Shown one piece after another: positions 10,292 through 19,668 of a DNA stretch of 64,000 bases. A program made the position numbers and the translations under genes. Within the stretch, counting starts at the first letter, position 1. Each line of letters opens with the position of its first letter. The notes beneath the pieces are model-generated. The model made no database searches, had not been told where the DNA came from, and saw only the letters and a program-made list of their open reading frames with translations. The DNA comes from a virus: IMG/VR virus record IMGVR_UViG_3300050138_000176, positions 22,505 to 86,504 of that record; one strand, given 5' to 3'.

Positions 10292-10899
10292 GACGCCTGC
10301 TCGCCATCGCGCTGCTCGCCGCCTGCCTCCGGTCGCAGGCGCAGGTCAACTCCCTGCCGCCGGAGAACCCGCAGCCAGCATCGGTGGCTACCAACGCGCT
10401 CACGCTCGGTCTGTCATCCATCATCCCGACCAACGCGGTGAAGCTCGGCGGTGACGTGGTGCTGGCCGTCTCCGACTCCGTCCCGTACTTCATGGCTGGC
10501 ACGGAGCGGGTCGGCGTGGCCGCGCTCTACTCGAATCACAAGACCGGGTTCCTGGTGGATTTGATTCACCCGGTGGTCAGCGTGAATACGAACGGCCAGG
10601 TCAGCATCGGGTTCGCCGCCGCCTATCTTGATCACACGTTCTACGATGCCTCAGTCGGGCTGAACCTTGGCATGACTGCGCACGTCCCGGTGCTTGGCGC
10701 GGTCTATCTGTTCGGTGAGAGCGGCCCTGGCTTTCAATTCAAAGACAGCCACGCGGTCGCCCAGTCGTTCATTGGCGTCTCGAAATCCTTCACACTATTC
10801 CACAAGCTGCCGCTGTCCATCAAAGGCGGTCTTGGCAACATCTCCGACCGGCCCGGCCCGGCGTTCGTGCTCGGACTGGACGCGCAGATGAAATTCTAA
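10288..10899 (+). CDS. Secreted protein, probable small outer-membrane beta-barrel
   Basis: Signal peptide, alternating hydrophobic strands, terminal Phe (LDAQMKF). Confidence 0.5.
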   Translation: MRRLLAIALLAACLRSQAQVNSLPPENPQPASVATNALTLGLSSIIPTNAVKLGGDVVLAVSDSVPYFMAGTERVGVAALYSNHKTGFLVDLIHPVVSVNTNGQVSIGFAAAYLDHTFYDASVGLNLGMTAHVPVLGAVYLFGESGPGFQFKDSHAVAQSFIGVSKSFTLFHKLPLSIKGGLGNISDRPGPAFVLGLDAQMKF

Positions 10900-10906
10900 A
10901 TAAATT

Positions 10907-11245
10907 ATGTCACCGATTCAAATAGCGACAGTGTGCCACGAAGCCAATAGAGCCTACTGCACCTGGATAGGAGATGCCTCGCAGAAAACATGGCAGGAAG
11001 CGGAGCAATGGCAGCGCGACAGCGCGGTGCGCGGTGTTGAGTTCGCGCAGGCAAATCCAACAGCGCCTGCCAGTGCGCAGCACGACGCTTGGCTTGCAGA
11101 TAAGTTCAAAGACGGATGGAAATATGGACCGGTGAAGGACGCATCAATCAAACAACATCCTTGTTGCGTGCCTTACGACCAACTGCCGTCGGAACAGCGT
11201 GCGAAGGATGTGTTATTCAAAGCAATAGTGAACGCACTGACATGA
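10907..11245 (+). CDS. RyR-domain phage protein
   Basis: HDAW...GWKYGPVKD...HPCCVPYDQLP...KD motif. Confidence 0.8.
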   Translation: MSPIQIATVCHEANRAYCTWIGDASQKTWQEAEQWQRDSAVRGVEFAQANPTAPASAQHDAWLADKFKDGWKYGPVKDASIKQHPCCVPYDQLPSEQRAKDVLFKAIVNALT

Positions 11246-11742
11246 GTCCCGGCTTCCTCGAACCGATCCCGTTCTTCGCTCCCGACAAGGCGCACGGCTA
11301 CGACGGCCAGAACTGGCTGCTGGCTCCCAGGATGCCGCTGGTCTATGTGCGGCCTGACGGCACGATCCTGGTCATGGTGCCGGGCGCGGCCACCGACGGC
11401 CCGTCGATCCCGGATGCCGTGCGAAATATCTTGAAGCCGTATGGCAAGCTCTGGCTCTGTGGAGTAATTCATGATGGTATCTACCGATCCTGCGTCGTGC
11501 GGCTGGTCAACGGGGTGCTGGAGGTCGTGCTCTACAATCAGGCCGACGGCGACGCTTTGATCTACGAGGCGATGCGGCTGCACGGCGTCCCGGCTGCCGA
11601 GGAGTTGGTCGTCTATGGCGCGCTCCGCATGTTCGGCTCATTCGCCTGGTCCGGTGACCTGGCCGCCACGATCCCGCATATTGATACAAAAGACCTGTTG
11701 AACATCCTTCAAGTTCAGTTCGGGCTATCGGTGGCCGCGTGA
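11242..11742 (+). CDS. DUF1353-like phage protein
   Basis: ATDGPSIP...VIHDGIY...GD motif; ATG 11242 overlaps previous stop. Confidence 0.7.
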   Translation: MSPGFLEPIPFFAPDKAHGYDGQNWLLAPRMPLVYVRPDGTILVMVPGAATDGPSIPDAVRNILKPYGKLWLCGVIHDGIYRSCVVRLVNGVLEVVLYNQADGDALIYEAMRLHGVPAAEELVVYGALRMFGSFAWSGDLAATIPHIDTKDLLNILQVQFGLSVAA

Positions 11743-11883
11743 AACCCTTGCAAACATTGAGCGGAATCGGTGATAAAATAGTTTAAAATATCCATTGACA
11801 TCCCGCCGCAATAGGATATCTTGGATACATAAGAAGGCGCTGGCAACGTGCCGGGGCCAAGACGGTAAATGACTACGACTATG
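11742..11883 (+). repeat. Early promoter/leader cassette, copy 1 (copy 2 at 40023-40162)
   Basis: Direct repeat; TTGACA-N16-TATCTT; last 50 nt identical in both copies. Confidence 0.9.
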
Positions 11884-12303
11884 AAAAATAAATATCGCTT
11901 CCGCAGCAGCACCCTGAGCCGCCACGCGGTTCCTTCACTGATCAAACACCTCTCCAAGATCGGTCTGCCTCGCTACGTGCGCGGCATCTACGCCGGGAAG
12001 AATCCGTGGTACTCAATCGCGATCCGTGGCGACAATGGCACCATCGTCCTGCGCGGCTGCTCGTGGGGCTACCACGGCGAAGGCCCGCACGCCACCGTCG
12101 CCGTCCTTCGCATGTTGGGAATCAACGAGCCGGAAGCCAAGCTGGTCGCCTTCAACACTCCGAACACCGACATGCCGCAGAGCGGGACGAAGCAGGCATT
12201 TCGGCTGACGCTGTGCTGCCCGGTCGGCGGTTGTAAAGTGGAGACTGATGAACAGAAAGAGTCACGCATCGCCGCCGCGTTCGGCATTAAGGAGGCTGCT
12301 TGA
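11881..12303 (+). CDS. Hypothetical early protein
   Basis: ORF directly after the cassette; WGYHGEGP motif. Confidence 0.6.
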   Translation: MKNKYRFRSSTLSRHAVPSLIKHLSKIGLPRYVRGIYAGKNPWYSIAIRGDNGTIVLRGCSWGYHGEGPHATVAVLRMLGINEPEAKLVAFNTPNTDMPQSGTKQAFRLTLCCPVGGCKVETDEQKESRIAAAFGIKEAA

Positions 12304-12539
12304 CCACCAAAGACGAGATCAAGGCCGGACTCCAGACCATCATGGCCGTCGCCGACTCCATCCGGGAGCTTGGCGAGGTGCCCAGCGGCACGCTCTACGC
12401 GGTGCTGATGGGCAAGCTGTCACTGGAGGGATTTAACAAGGTGCTCGGCATCCTCAAGAACGCCGGGCTGGTCACGGAGACCGAAGGCCACCTGCTGCGG
12501 TGGACCGGGCCGGCGAAGGAAGTGAAGGCGAATCCATGA
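12300..12539 (+). CDS. Small hypothetical protein (possible winged helix)
   Basis: Coupled ORF with GGAGG RBS. Confidence 0.55.
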   Translation: MTTKDEIKAGLQTIMAVADSIRELGEVPSGTLYAVLMGKLSLEGFNKVLGILKNAGLVTETEGHLLRWTGPAKEVKANP

Positions 12540-12961
12540 GAGCGAAGGACGTCGCCAAGATGGTGCAAGTGGCGCTGGACAAGCAGGAGCAGGTTCTGTC
12601 CTCGCTCTGCACCTCGGACAATCCTCAGGTCAAGGCGACCGCCGCCGAGACCCTGGGCCGGTGCCGCGCCTACGCTGCGGTGCTGGAAGCGATCCGGGCG
12701 CCGAGGCCGCGGGCCGCATTCTCGCTATTTGTGGATGGCGGCAATGTGCTGCCGGAGGGATTGCAATGAAAGCGAAACGCTTTGTGTCCGTAGAATCTTT
12801 CGGAGATGCATGGGTGGTTAAATATATCCTGCGGGCACCAGGGCAGCGTTACTGGGCCGCACAGTTTGACAAGCGGATGCGGTCGCGGGCGGAAGTGGAG
12901 AAGTGGGTTCAGAATAATCCGAAGCTGGAACTGGTCAGGCCGGGCGGTTTAATAAAATCAG

Positions 12962-12990
12962 TTGACACCGCCGCCGGTTCGTAATAATCT
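12962..12990 (+). promoter_or_regulatory. Putative sigma70-type promoter
   Basis: TTGACA-N17-TAATCT, followed by a hairpin and the GACAACGACTA motif. Confidence 0.7.
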
Positions 12991-13073
12991 CCCGGACGTA
13001 AGCCTCTGGTGGCGGGAACAAAACCACCGGAGCAAAAAATGACAACGACTAAGAAATAGAATAGGAATCCAAT

Positions 13074-13733
13074 ATGGCAAAGAACCTGTATCATACTCAC
13101 CTCAAGGAAATGGGCAACCCGGTGCGCGTCACCGTGACCAGCGACCCGTTGAAATCCAAATATCCCAAGGAAGGCGTCCCGAACAAGTTCGTCGGCATGA
13201 AGATCGCCGGCGTGGACTACAGCTATACCTGCGAATCCGACCAGTGCGTCCAGGCGTTGACCGGCCTCAAAGGCAAAGAGGTCATGCTGTCCGTGGAAGG
13301 CAGCCGTGGCGACGCGACGATCACCGTGGTCGGGCAGCCGGGCACCAGCGTCGCCCAGCCGCAGCAACGGCAGCAGGCGCCGCCACAACACGACGAGCCG
13401 ATGTCCAGCAACCAGCGCAAGGTGGCCGGTCTGCCGCCGAGCCAGAACCAGCCTCCGCCGCAGGAGAAGGAGAATCCGGTCAACCGGGCGCGGCATCACA
13501 TCGCCAGGAACCGGAGCCTGAACGTGATCGGCCTCAAGGCGGCGCTGTCGCTGATCCATGAGGCCGAGGAGTGGCACCGGAAGACCTACCCGGCGGACCA
13601 GAACTGGTCAATGCACCCGCAGATGCAGGCCAGCGTGTACGCGTCCATGCTCTACGGGACCAGCGCCAGCGGGGTGACGGATGATCTGCCGTACGACCTG
13701 TCGTTCTCGCCGAAGGAAGGAGGTGCCAAGTGA
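13074..13733 (+). CDS. Hypothetical protein (beta-rich N-terminus, Gln/Pro linker, DDLPY near C-terminus; possible ssDNA-binding)
   Basis: ORF composition and recombination context. Confidence 0.45.
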   Translation: MAKNLYHTHLKEMGNPVRVTVTSDPLKSKYPKEGVPNKFVGMKIAGVDYSYTCESDQCVQALTGLKGKEVMLSVEGSRGDATITVVGQPGTSVAQPQQRQQAPPQHDEPMSSNQRKVAGLPPSQNQPPPQEKENPVNRARHHIARNRSLNVIGLKAALSLIHEAEEWHRKTYPADQNWSMHPQMQASVYASMLYGTSASGVTDDLPYDLSFSPKEGGAK

Positions 13734-14065
13734 TTGACGATATTACCGATGGTGAATGGACGGCTGTAGCCAGCATCGGCCAGTTCATGGGATCGGATGG
13801 CCCAAGGTGGGAAATGGATGGTGCCAAGATCGCAGTGGTGTCCACTGACTGCCCGTACCACATAATTGCGGATTTCTCATGCAACCACACATGCCGACTG
13901 GATATGGAATGCGAAGCGAACGCCATGCTGTGCGCCGCCGCGCCGGACTTGCTGGCGGCCTGCATTGGGTTTGTAAACCATGTCGATGACAGACAGCAAG
14001 GAGTACCGCCATTTTACTATGAAATGAAAGCCGCCGTCGCCAAAGCCACAGGAGGTGCCAAATGA
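13730..14065 (+). CDS. Hypothetical phage protein (ANAxLxAAAPDLL family)
   Basis: EANAMLCAAAPDLL motif. Confidence 0.6.
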   Translation: MIDDITDGEWTAVASIGQFMGSDGPRWEMDGAKIAVVSTDCPYHIIADFSCNHTCRLDMECEANAMLCAAAPDLLAACIGFVNHVDDRQQGVPPFYYEMKAAVAKATGGAK

Positions 14066-16278
14066 AGTTATCCAACATTTCCGCCGTCGCGTTTAAAGGC
14101 CGCACATTCTCCTACCCGCTCACCGGCGTCACTCATTTCCATGGCAGGAACCGTGTCGGCAAGACCGCCGTGTTCGATGCCGCGGTGGTCGCGCTGTGCG
14201 GCAAGCTGCCGGGCGTCGGGGTCAACGGGAAGCAGTTGCACGAAGCGCTGGCGTCCGGGGATACAATGTCCGTGAAAGCAACCACGGCAGACGATGGCTG
14301 TATCGGTCGCGCATACATAGCCAAGACTGACAAGGAAGGCAATATCACCGTCAAGGCTTCCTGCGCCACGGTTCGGTTGCCCGAAGACTGGGTCGCGCCG
14401 ACCGTCATGTTCGCGCCGTCCGAGTTCCTGGAACTTAGCGACCGGGAGCGGACCAACTACCTGTTCCGGGTGCTGCCGCCGCCGCCGATGGACGAGTTCG
14501 GCCCGGTGGCGCTCAAGGCCAAACTCAAGAACTTCAAGGCGGAGCCGCACACCGAGGCGCACGAGCAGACCATAGATAAACTGTGTCAGCATATTGACGG
14601 AAGCTACAATGAATCACAAGGTGACGGCTTCCTGATGCAAGACTGGCTTTCAAGCCTATCAGGTGAAGTCCGCGAGAATGCCAACCTCGCCACGCAACAG
14701 GCGAAGCGGATGCAGGCCACGGCGGCCGGCGTCGTGGAGCTGAAGAAGGCCGGCGTGCCGCAAGGCCAGGCCGAAGGCGACAAGGCCAGGGCGCAGCGGG
14801 CGCTGGACGCCGCCAACGAGGCACGGACCAAGGTGGCCGAGCAGTGGCAGGCGGCGAACCGGGAACTGAAAGCGGCCACGGCGACCGCGCAGAGCTACGT
14901 GGCGCCGGATCCGGGAGCCAAAGCGCAGGCACATGAGGACGTGGCGAATTGGAAGACGGCGTTGGAACAGCCATTGCCTTTGGCGCTGGAGCCGGTGCCG
15001 GGACTGGCGGACGCGACACGGAAACTTGAGGACGCGCAGGCTGAAGTGATCCGGCTGGCGAAGGAAGCCGCCGAGTTCCACGATGACGCGCCGGGCGTAG
15101 AGTCCACATCACGGCGCACGTTTCAGCAGGCAACCGATGCGCTTTCCAAAGCAAACTACGAGGCGCAAGTGGCGCGGAATAATGTAGAAACCATCAAAGG
15201 CGACCGCGCCAAGTTTGACGCAGCTACCTGCTGCCCGACCTGCCGGGCCGACGGCACCGGATGGAAACAGCGCGTGTTGGACGAACTGGACGCCAAACTC
15301 AAAAGCCTGACGGCCATCATGGACGGCGCGCTGGTGGTCGTCACGAAGGCCAAGAAGTCGCACGAGGTAGCCGCCAACAAGCTGCAATGCGTTCTGGAGC
15401 GGTTAGGGAAAAAGGCGATCAACACATCCTCTACCGCCGCAGCCAAGCTCGCTGAAGCCAACGCGGTAACGTGTATCGAACGACTAAAGCAACAACGGCA
15501 GAACGAATTAGTGCTCTTACGGTCGCATCAGCAATCGGAGAGGGATAAATCCATCTCAAGGCTAAAGACAATCACCGATGCCGAGGCCAAGGCCGAACCG
15601 GCCCGGCTGGCCCGCGAGTCGCTGCCGCAGTTGCAGGCTACTCTGGCGGAGATCGAAGACAATGCGAAACCATTCTGCAAGGAACGAATCGCAGAACTCC
15701 AGACGGCGGTCACGGCGGCCGACACCGTGCTGCGCCAGTGCATCGCCGAGGCGGCGACCGCGAAACAGGTCAAGGCGGCCGGCGAAGCCTACGACAAGGC
15801 GCTGGCCGAGGCGACCGTGACCAAGCACCTGTCGGAGCTGCTCAACGAGACCTTGGCCGCGTGCGTTGAGAAGTCCGTGGCACCGCTGCTGGACGCCGCG
15901 AATGAATTATTTAAAGGCGTGTTGGACGATCCGTTGGTATGGTACGAAGGCGTGATCGGGATGCATGAAAAGGGCGGTCATTTTTATAGCTGGCGTACCT
16001 TCAGCGGATCCGAACGTGCGATTGCCTTCGCGGCCATCGGCTGCGCCCTGGCGGCGGCGTCCGGCTACCGGCTGGCTATCATCGACGAGTTGAGTCGTCT
16101 TGATGATACAACGAAGGCACGGCTGTTGGAGCGGCTGTGCGGGCTGGTGACGGTAGGCAAGCTCGACCAGGCGATAGTCGTGGACGTGCGGCCCGCGCCG
16201 GAGCTGGGCGGTTACTTCTCGACTAATCCAGCCACTCCAACCAATCCAATCTTCACCAGCATCGAGGTGCTGCCATGA
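14062..16278 (+). CDS. SbcC/Rad50-like ABC ATPase
   Basis: Walker A GRNRVGKT, coiled coil, CPTC zinc hook, FSGSE signature, IIDE Walker B. Confidence 0.85.
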   Translation: MKLSNISAVAFKGRTFSYPLTGVTHFHGRNRVGKTAVFDAAVVALCGKLPGVGVNGKQLHEALASGDTMSVKATTADDGCIGRAYIAKTDKEGNITVKASCATVRLPEDWVAPTVMFAPSEFLELSDRERTNYLFRVLPPPPMDEFGPVALKAKLKNFKAEPHTEAHEQTIDKLCQHIDGSYNESQGDGFLMQDWLSSLSGEVRENANLATQQAKRMQATAAGVVELKKAGVPQGQAEGDKARAQRALDAANEARTKVAEQWQAANRELKAATATAQSYVAPDPGAKAQAHEDVANWKTALEQPLPLALEPVPGLADATRKLEDAQAEVIRLAKEAAEFHDDAPGVESTSRRTFQQATDALSKANYEAQVARNNVETIKGDRAKFDAATCCPTCRADGTGWKQRVLDELDAKLKSLTAIMDGALVVVTKAKKSHEVAANKLQCVLERLGKKAINTSSTAAAKLAEANAVTCIERLKQQRQNELVLLRSHQQSERDKSISRLKTITDAEAKAEPARLARESLPQLQATLAEIEDNAKPFCKERIAELQTAVTAADTVLRQCIAEAATAKQVKAAGEAYDKALAEATVTKHLSELLNETLAACVEKSVAPLLDAANELFKGVLDDPLVWYEGVIGMHEKGGHFYSWRTFSGSERAIAFAAIGCALAAASGYRLAIIDELSRLDDTTKARLLERLCGLVTVGKLDQAIVVDVRPAPELGGYFSTNPATPTNPIFTSIEVLP

Positions 16279-16512
16279 ACTGCCCGTTCTGTAGCAGGCG
16301 CATCGACGCGATGACCGGGTTCCAGGAAGCTGACAAGTTCCAAAAGCACCTCGGCAGGTGCCGGAAGAACCCGAACAACGTGACGCTCCGCGACGGCCAC
16401 CGGAGCGCGACGACACCGGTGCGGCACCAGACGCTCAAAGACGCACTGGAACTGCGGGCGGCGAGCAGACAATAACTTTCAACATCAACAACAAACCAAA
16501 AAGGATAAATAA

Positions 16513-17187
16513 ATGAAGCAGGAAACGAAACGTACCAAGCACGTATTCTCACCCGACGAAAAAGCCGACCTCAACGTCAAGTTCCGTCAGGCGTGGAAGC
16601 AAGTCACAGTGATAGAAGCGGAGTTCGACTCCGTGAAGTCCTCGTACAAGGCCCGGACCGCTGAAGCCGAGGCCGTGGCCGCAAACCTAGACGCGCTGCT
16701 GGACGCCGGGTTCCAGTTGCAGGAGACCGAGTGCGTGGTCGTCTATCGCCCGGACAAGCGCGAGAAGGACTACTACGCGGCCGCCAGCCTGGTTGATGGC
16801 GCGGTGCCGAAGGACGCAGTTCCGTTGCTCACCGAGAAGATGGATGATGCGGACATGCAGGCCGAGTTGTTCGAGGCCGAGGCGGCGTTTGAACTCAAAG
16901 ACACCATCGCGCTGTTCCAGCCGACGGACAAGGATGCCGGGGTGCTGGTGGTGGGAAGATTCAAGGATCGCTGGTACGGCGCCCTGCGGGCCAAGGTTGG
17001 AACGAAGGAGATTAAGGAACGGCTTGACGGGGAAGCCAAAGGCTTCAAGAAGCGGGCCGACTGCGTGTCGGCGAGCGGCAAGCGGTTCCTGGAGTTCGTG
17101 AAGGCCAACATCGGGAAGGACGCATCGAACGGCTTTGCCGCATTCATCGACTCCATGAATCAGGCCCACAAGGAACGCGAGGAGTGA
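16513..17187 (+). CDS. Hypothetical protein
   Basis: 224 aa ORF with RBS. Confidence 0.6.
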   Translation: MKQETKRTKHVFSPDEKADLNVKFRQAWKQVTVIEAEFDSVKSSYKARTAEAEAVAANLDALLDAGFQLQETECVVVYRPDKREKDYYAAASLVDGAVPKDAVPLLTEKMDDADMQAELFEAEAAFELKDTIALFQPTDKDAGVLVVGRFKDRWYGALRAKVGTKEIKERLDGEAKGFKKRADCVSASGKRFLEFVKANIGKDASNGFAAFIDSMNQAHKEREE

Positions 17188-17630
17188 TGAAACCTATCAC
17201 GCAGGCAATTATTGGAGTAGGCGCGATGACCTTCAGCATGGTATTATTGATTGTTACCATCTTCAACCAACGCGACCAACTGGCCGTCGCACACGACCAG
17301 CTAACCCAAGTCTGGACCAACACGGTCAGCTACCGCACCGGCTACGCGGACGGCTGGGTCGCGCTCTACATCGACACGAGCACCATCGAGCAGTTCCAGC
17401 GCATGGAGGACGCGAAGTTCGACGGCAAGCACCTGGTTTCTGGTAAGGAACTGGACGACCTATGGGCCGCGCTGCGGCAGCAGGCCGCCGGGTCGCAGGC
17501 CAGGTGGGATGCGCTGTTGCCGGACGCCAAGACCAACTACCAACCGGTCGTGCTCGGCCCGTACTGGCGGCGGGAGGCCAGGCCGCCGACCGGGCCGCCG
17601 GCGGCGGTCACGGTGACGACGAACAAGTAA
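17184..17630 (+). CDS. Membrane-anchored hypothetical protein
   Basis: N-terminal TM helix. Confidence 0.5.
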   Translation: MMKPITQAIIGVGAMTFSMVLLIVTIFNQRDQLAVAHDQLTQVWTNTVSYRTGYADGWVALYIDTSTIEQFQRMEDAKFDGKHLVSGKELDDLWAALRQQAAGSQARWDALLPDAKTNYQPVVLGPYWRREARPPTGPPAAVTVTTNK

Positions 17631-17960
17631 TCATTATGCACTATAAAAATGGACGGATAGTATCTGTAGGCGACTGGGTGGTTGGAATCAGCCACAACAG
17701 CGATAATAAAGTAGTGTGCGGCGTGGTGCTGGACATCAAAGGCAACTGCAACATCAAAATCCATCGGTGGCGCACCGAGCATTACACAGAGGAAGGCAAT
17801 CCGCGAACCGACCCGGTGGAAACCACGCGAGGCGTAAATGACTTTGGCGACTGCGCCAAGTTCATCCGAGTCGATGATGGTTTGAAGATGGTATCGGCTG
17901 TGGAGGGCCACGGCAAATGGGACGGGCCATACAATAGAATGGAATTATTCCAACACTAAA

Positions 17961-18593
17961 GTGAACCACGACCTCTACTCAATCCTCGGCCTGCCACGCG
18001 ACGCCACAGATGCCGACATCAAGAAGCAGTATCGGCGGCTTGCTGTCCTATACCACCCGGACGCCGTTCCTCACGCCACAGATTATGAGAAGGAGGAATC
18101 CGCCGCCAAGTTCCGGGAGGTGCAGGAATCCTACGACACGCTCGGCGACCCGGAAGCCAGGGCGCGCTATGACAAGGACGGCACGACCGGCGACGGCAGC
18201 CGGCTCCAGAAGGAAGCCTTGTCGAACGTGTGCGGCCTGGTGCTGGCGGTCGCGGAGACCGGCGGCGAGGGCTGCGACATCGTGGCGGCGGTCCGGCAGC
18301 AGGTCGCCAACGCGAAGACCATGGCGTTGAACGCGGCGGACACCGCAAGGAAAAAGGCCGCGCTGTTCCGGCGGCAGGCGGCCAGGATCACGCGCAAGGC
18401 TGGCGGCGAGAACGTGCTGTCCACGGCCATTGAAAATCAGGCGGACAAGATGGACGCGGCGGCCAGGGACTTCGAGGCCAGCGTGGCGATGCAGGACGCC
18501 ATGATGGGGCTGCTGGCGGACTACGAGTGCGCGGCTTCAACGCAAAATAAATATGTTGCGATTGGCGGACTCACTTACACATGGACGCGATGA
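17961..18593 (+). CDS. DnaJ (J-domain) protein
   Basis: DLYSILGL...IKKQYRRLA..YHPD...YDTLGD J-domain. Confidence 0.9.
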   Translation: MNHDLYSILGLPRDATDADIKKQYRRLAVLYHPDAVPHATDYEKEESAAKFREVQESYDTLGDPEARARYDKDGTTGDGSRLQKEALSNVCGLVLAVAETGGEGCDIVAAVRQQVANAKTMALNAADTARKKAALFRRQAARITRKAGGENVLSTAIENQADKMDAAARDFEASVAMQDAMMGLLADYECAASTQNKYVAIGGLTYTWTR

Positions 18594-18731
18594 CACCATG
18601 GCAGAAAATAAATCAGGTCTTTGAAGATGCCGAAAAGCTAAGGAAGCTGGAAGCGATATATATGGAGAGGGGTGATGTCACCTATGAACAGGCGCGGCAA
18701 TGGGCGCTTGAAAAGTGGAAAAATAAATCGG

Positions 18732-18781
18732 TTGACTCGGCGGCGGGTTCGGTGCAGGATAACAACATGACAACGACTATG
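18732..18781 (+). promoter_or_regulatory. Putative promoter and leader motif of the Cas7-like gene
   Basis: TTGACT-N17-CAGGAT, then ATGACAACGACTATG. Confidence 0.55.
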
Positions 18782-18795
18782 ACTAATAAATAACA

Positions 18796-19377
18796 ATGAA
18801 AATCCAAATTACATTCAGCGAAGAAGTGTTAGGGACGGCGTCTCAGAACCCGGAAATACACAGGGAGTTTATCGCAAGCAAATCTCCAGACGCAGCAACG
18901 GTGGAAGATGAAGTGGCGGCAATTGGAGCGGATGCTGTCGCCGATAAAATGATGACCGTATTCCCGCGTGACGGTGGAAAGCCGTTTGTTTACGACTACC
19001 AAATCAAAGGCTTCTTCAAGGATGCCTGCGCATCTCTGGCGCGGGTACCCGGCACTCAAAGCAATAAACTAAAAGCGTATAAAAAGGTGATCGATGGAAC
19101 CATCTTTATCTTTCCACGAAAAATCCATTTCGGCGGTGAGGTTAAGCTTGGAAATTGCCAAAGACCTCTGCGGGCCGAAACAGCTCAGGGGCCGCGTGTC
19201 GCGCTGGCAAACAGCGAGACATTGCCATCTGGTGCGACATTGGAATGCGAGATACGGTGCCTAGATGAAGGCATGGAGAAAGTGGTTAAGGAATGGTTGA
19301 ACTACGGAGCGTTGCGAGGTCTGGGACAGTGGCGGAATTCAGGCAAAGGCAGGTTCTCATGGAAGTTAATGGAATAA
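18796..19377 (+). CDS. Stand-alone Cas7/RAMP (Csm3-like) protein
   Basis: N-terminal beta strand, P.VYDYQIKGFFK motif, SETLPSG strand, C-terminal G-rich loop GLGQWRNSGKGRF. Confidence 0.75.
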   Translation: MKIQITFSEEVLGTASQNPEIHREFIASKSPDAATVEDEVAAIGADAVADKMMTVFPRDGGKPFVYDYQIKGFFKDACASLARVPGTQSNKLKAYKKVIDGTIFIFPRKIHFGGEVKLGNCQRPLRAETAQGPRVALANSETLPSGATLECEIRCLDEGMEKVVKEWLNYGALRGLGQWRNSGKGRFSWKLME

Positions 19378-19668
19378 GCAACGGCGTGGCAACACCGAGC
19401 ACAGCAATGATTAGTACAGCAAAGGCTACGCAAGGCCGCTCACCGTATAGCAATGGCACTGCACGGCGGATCAAGGCGCAGTAAAGCATAGGCATGGCAA
19501 CGCCGGGAACAGCGACGGCAGGGCAGGGTGTTGCAGAGCGCGGCCACGGCAAGGCGAGGCAAGGTGCAATAACGCATAGCAAAGGCATTGCGAGGCGCTG
19601 CCGCGAGTAGCAAAGGCTTGGCTCAGTGAGTCAACGCCAAGCATAGCAAAGGCAAAGCATAATAAGAT
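19377..19668 (+). ncRNA. Pentamer-periodic (NGY+NN) array in 8 modules; candidate guide-RNA array
   Basis: AGCAAAGGC-like boundaries at 19377, 19418, 19449, 19485, 19511, 19542, 19578, 19609, 19645 (spacings 41,31,36,26,31,36,31,36, all 5n+1); 36 of 44 internal pentamers begin NGY. Confidence 0.8.

Noticed and set aside
19286-19588. ORFs 19286-19588 (-) and 19293-19484 (+) across the array
   Set aside because: Period-5 structure does not fit codon periodicity, and both overlap the Cas7-like gene; likely spurious.
19377-19668. Array read as a canonical CRISPR array or a simple microsatellite
   Set aside because: No 23-47 nt identical repeats with unique spacers; the conserved boundary is only ~9 nt. 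The pentamers are not identical either, with variation concentrated in two of five positions.
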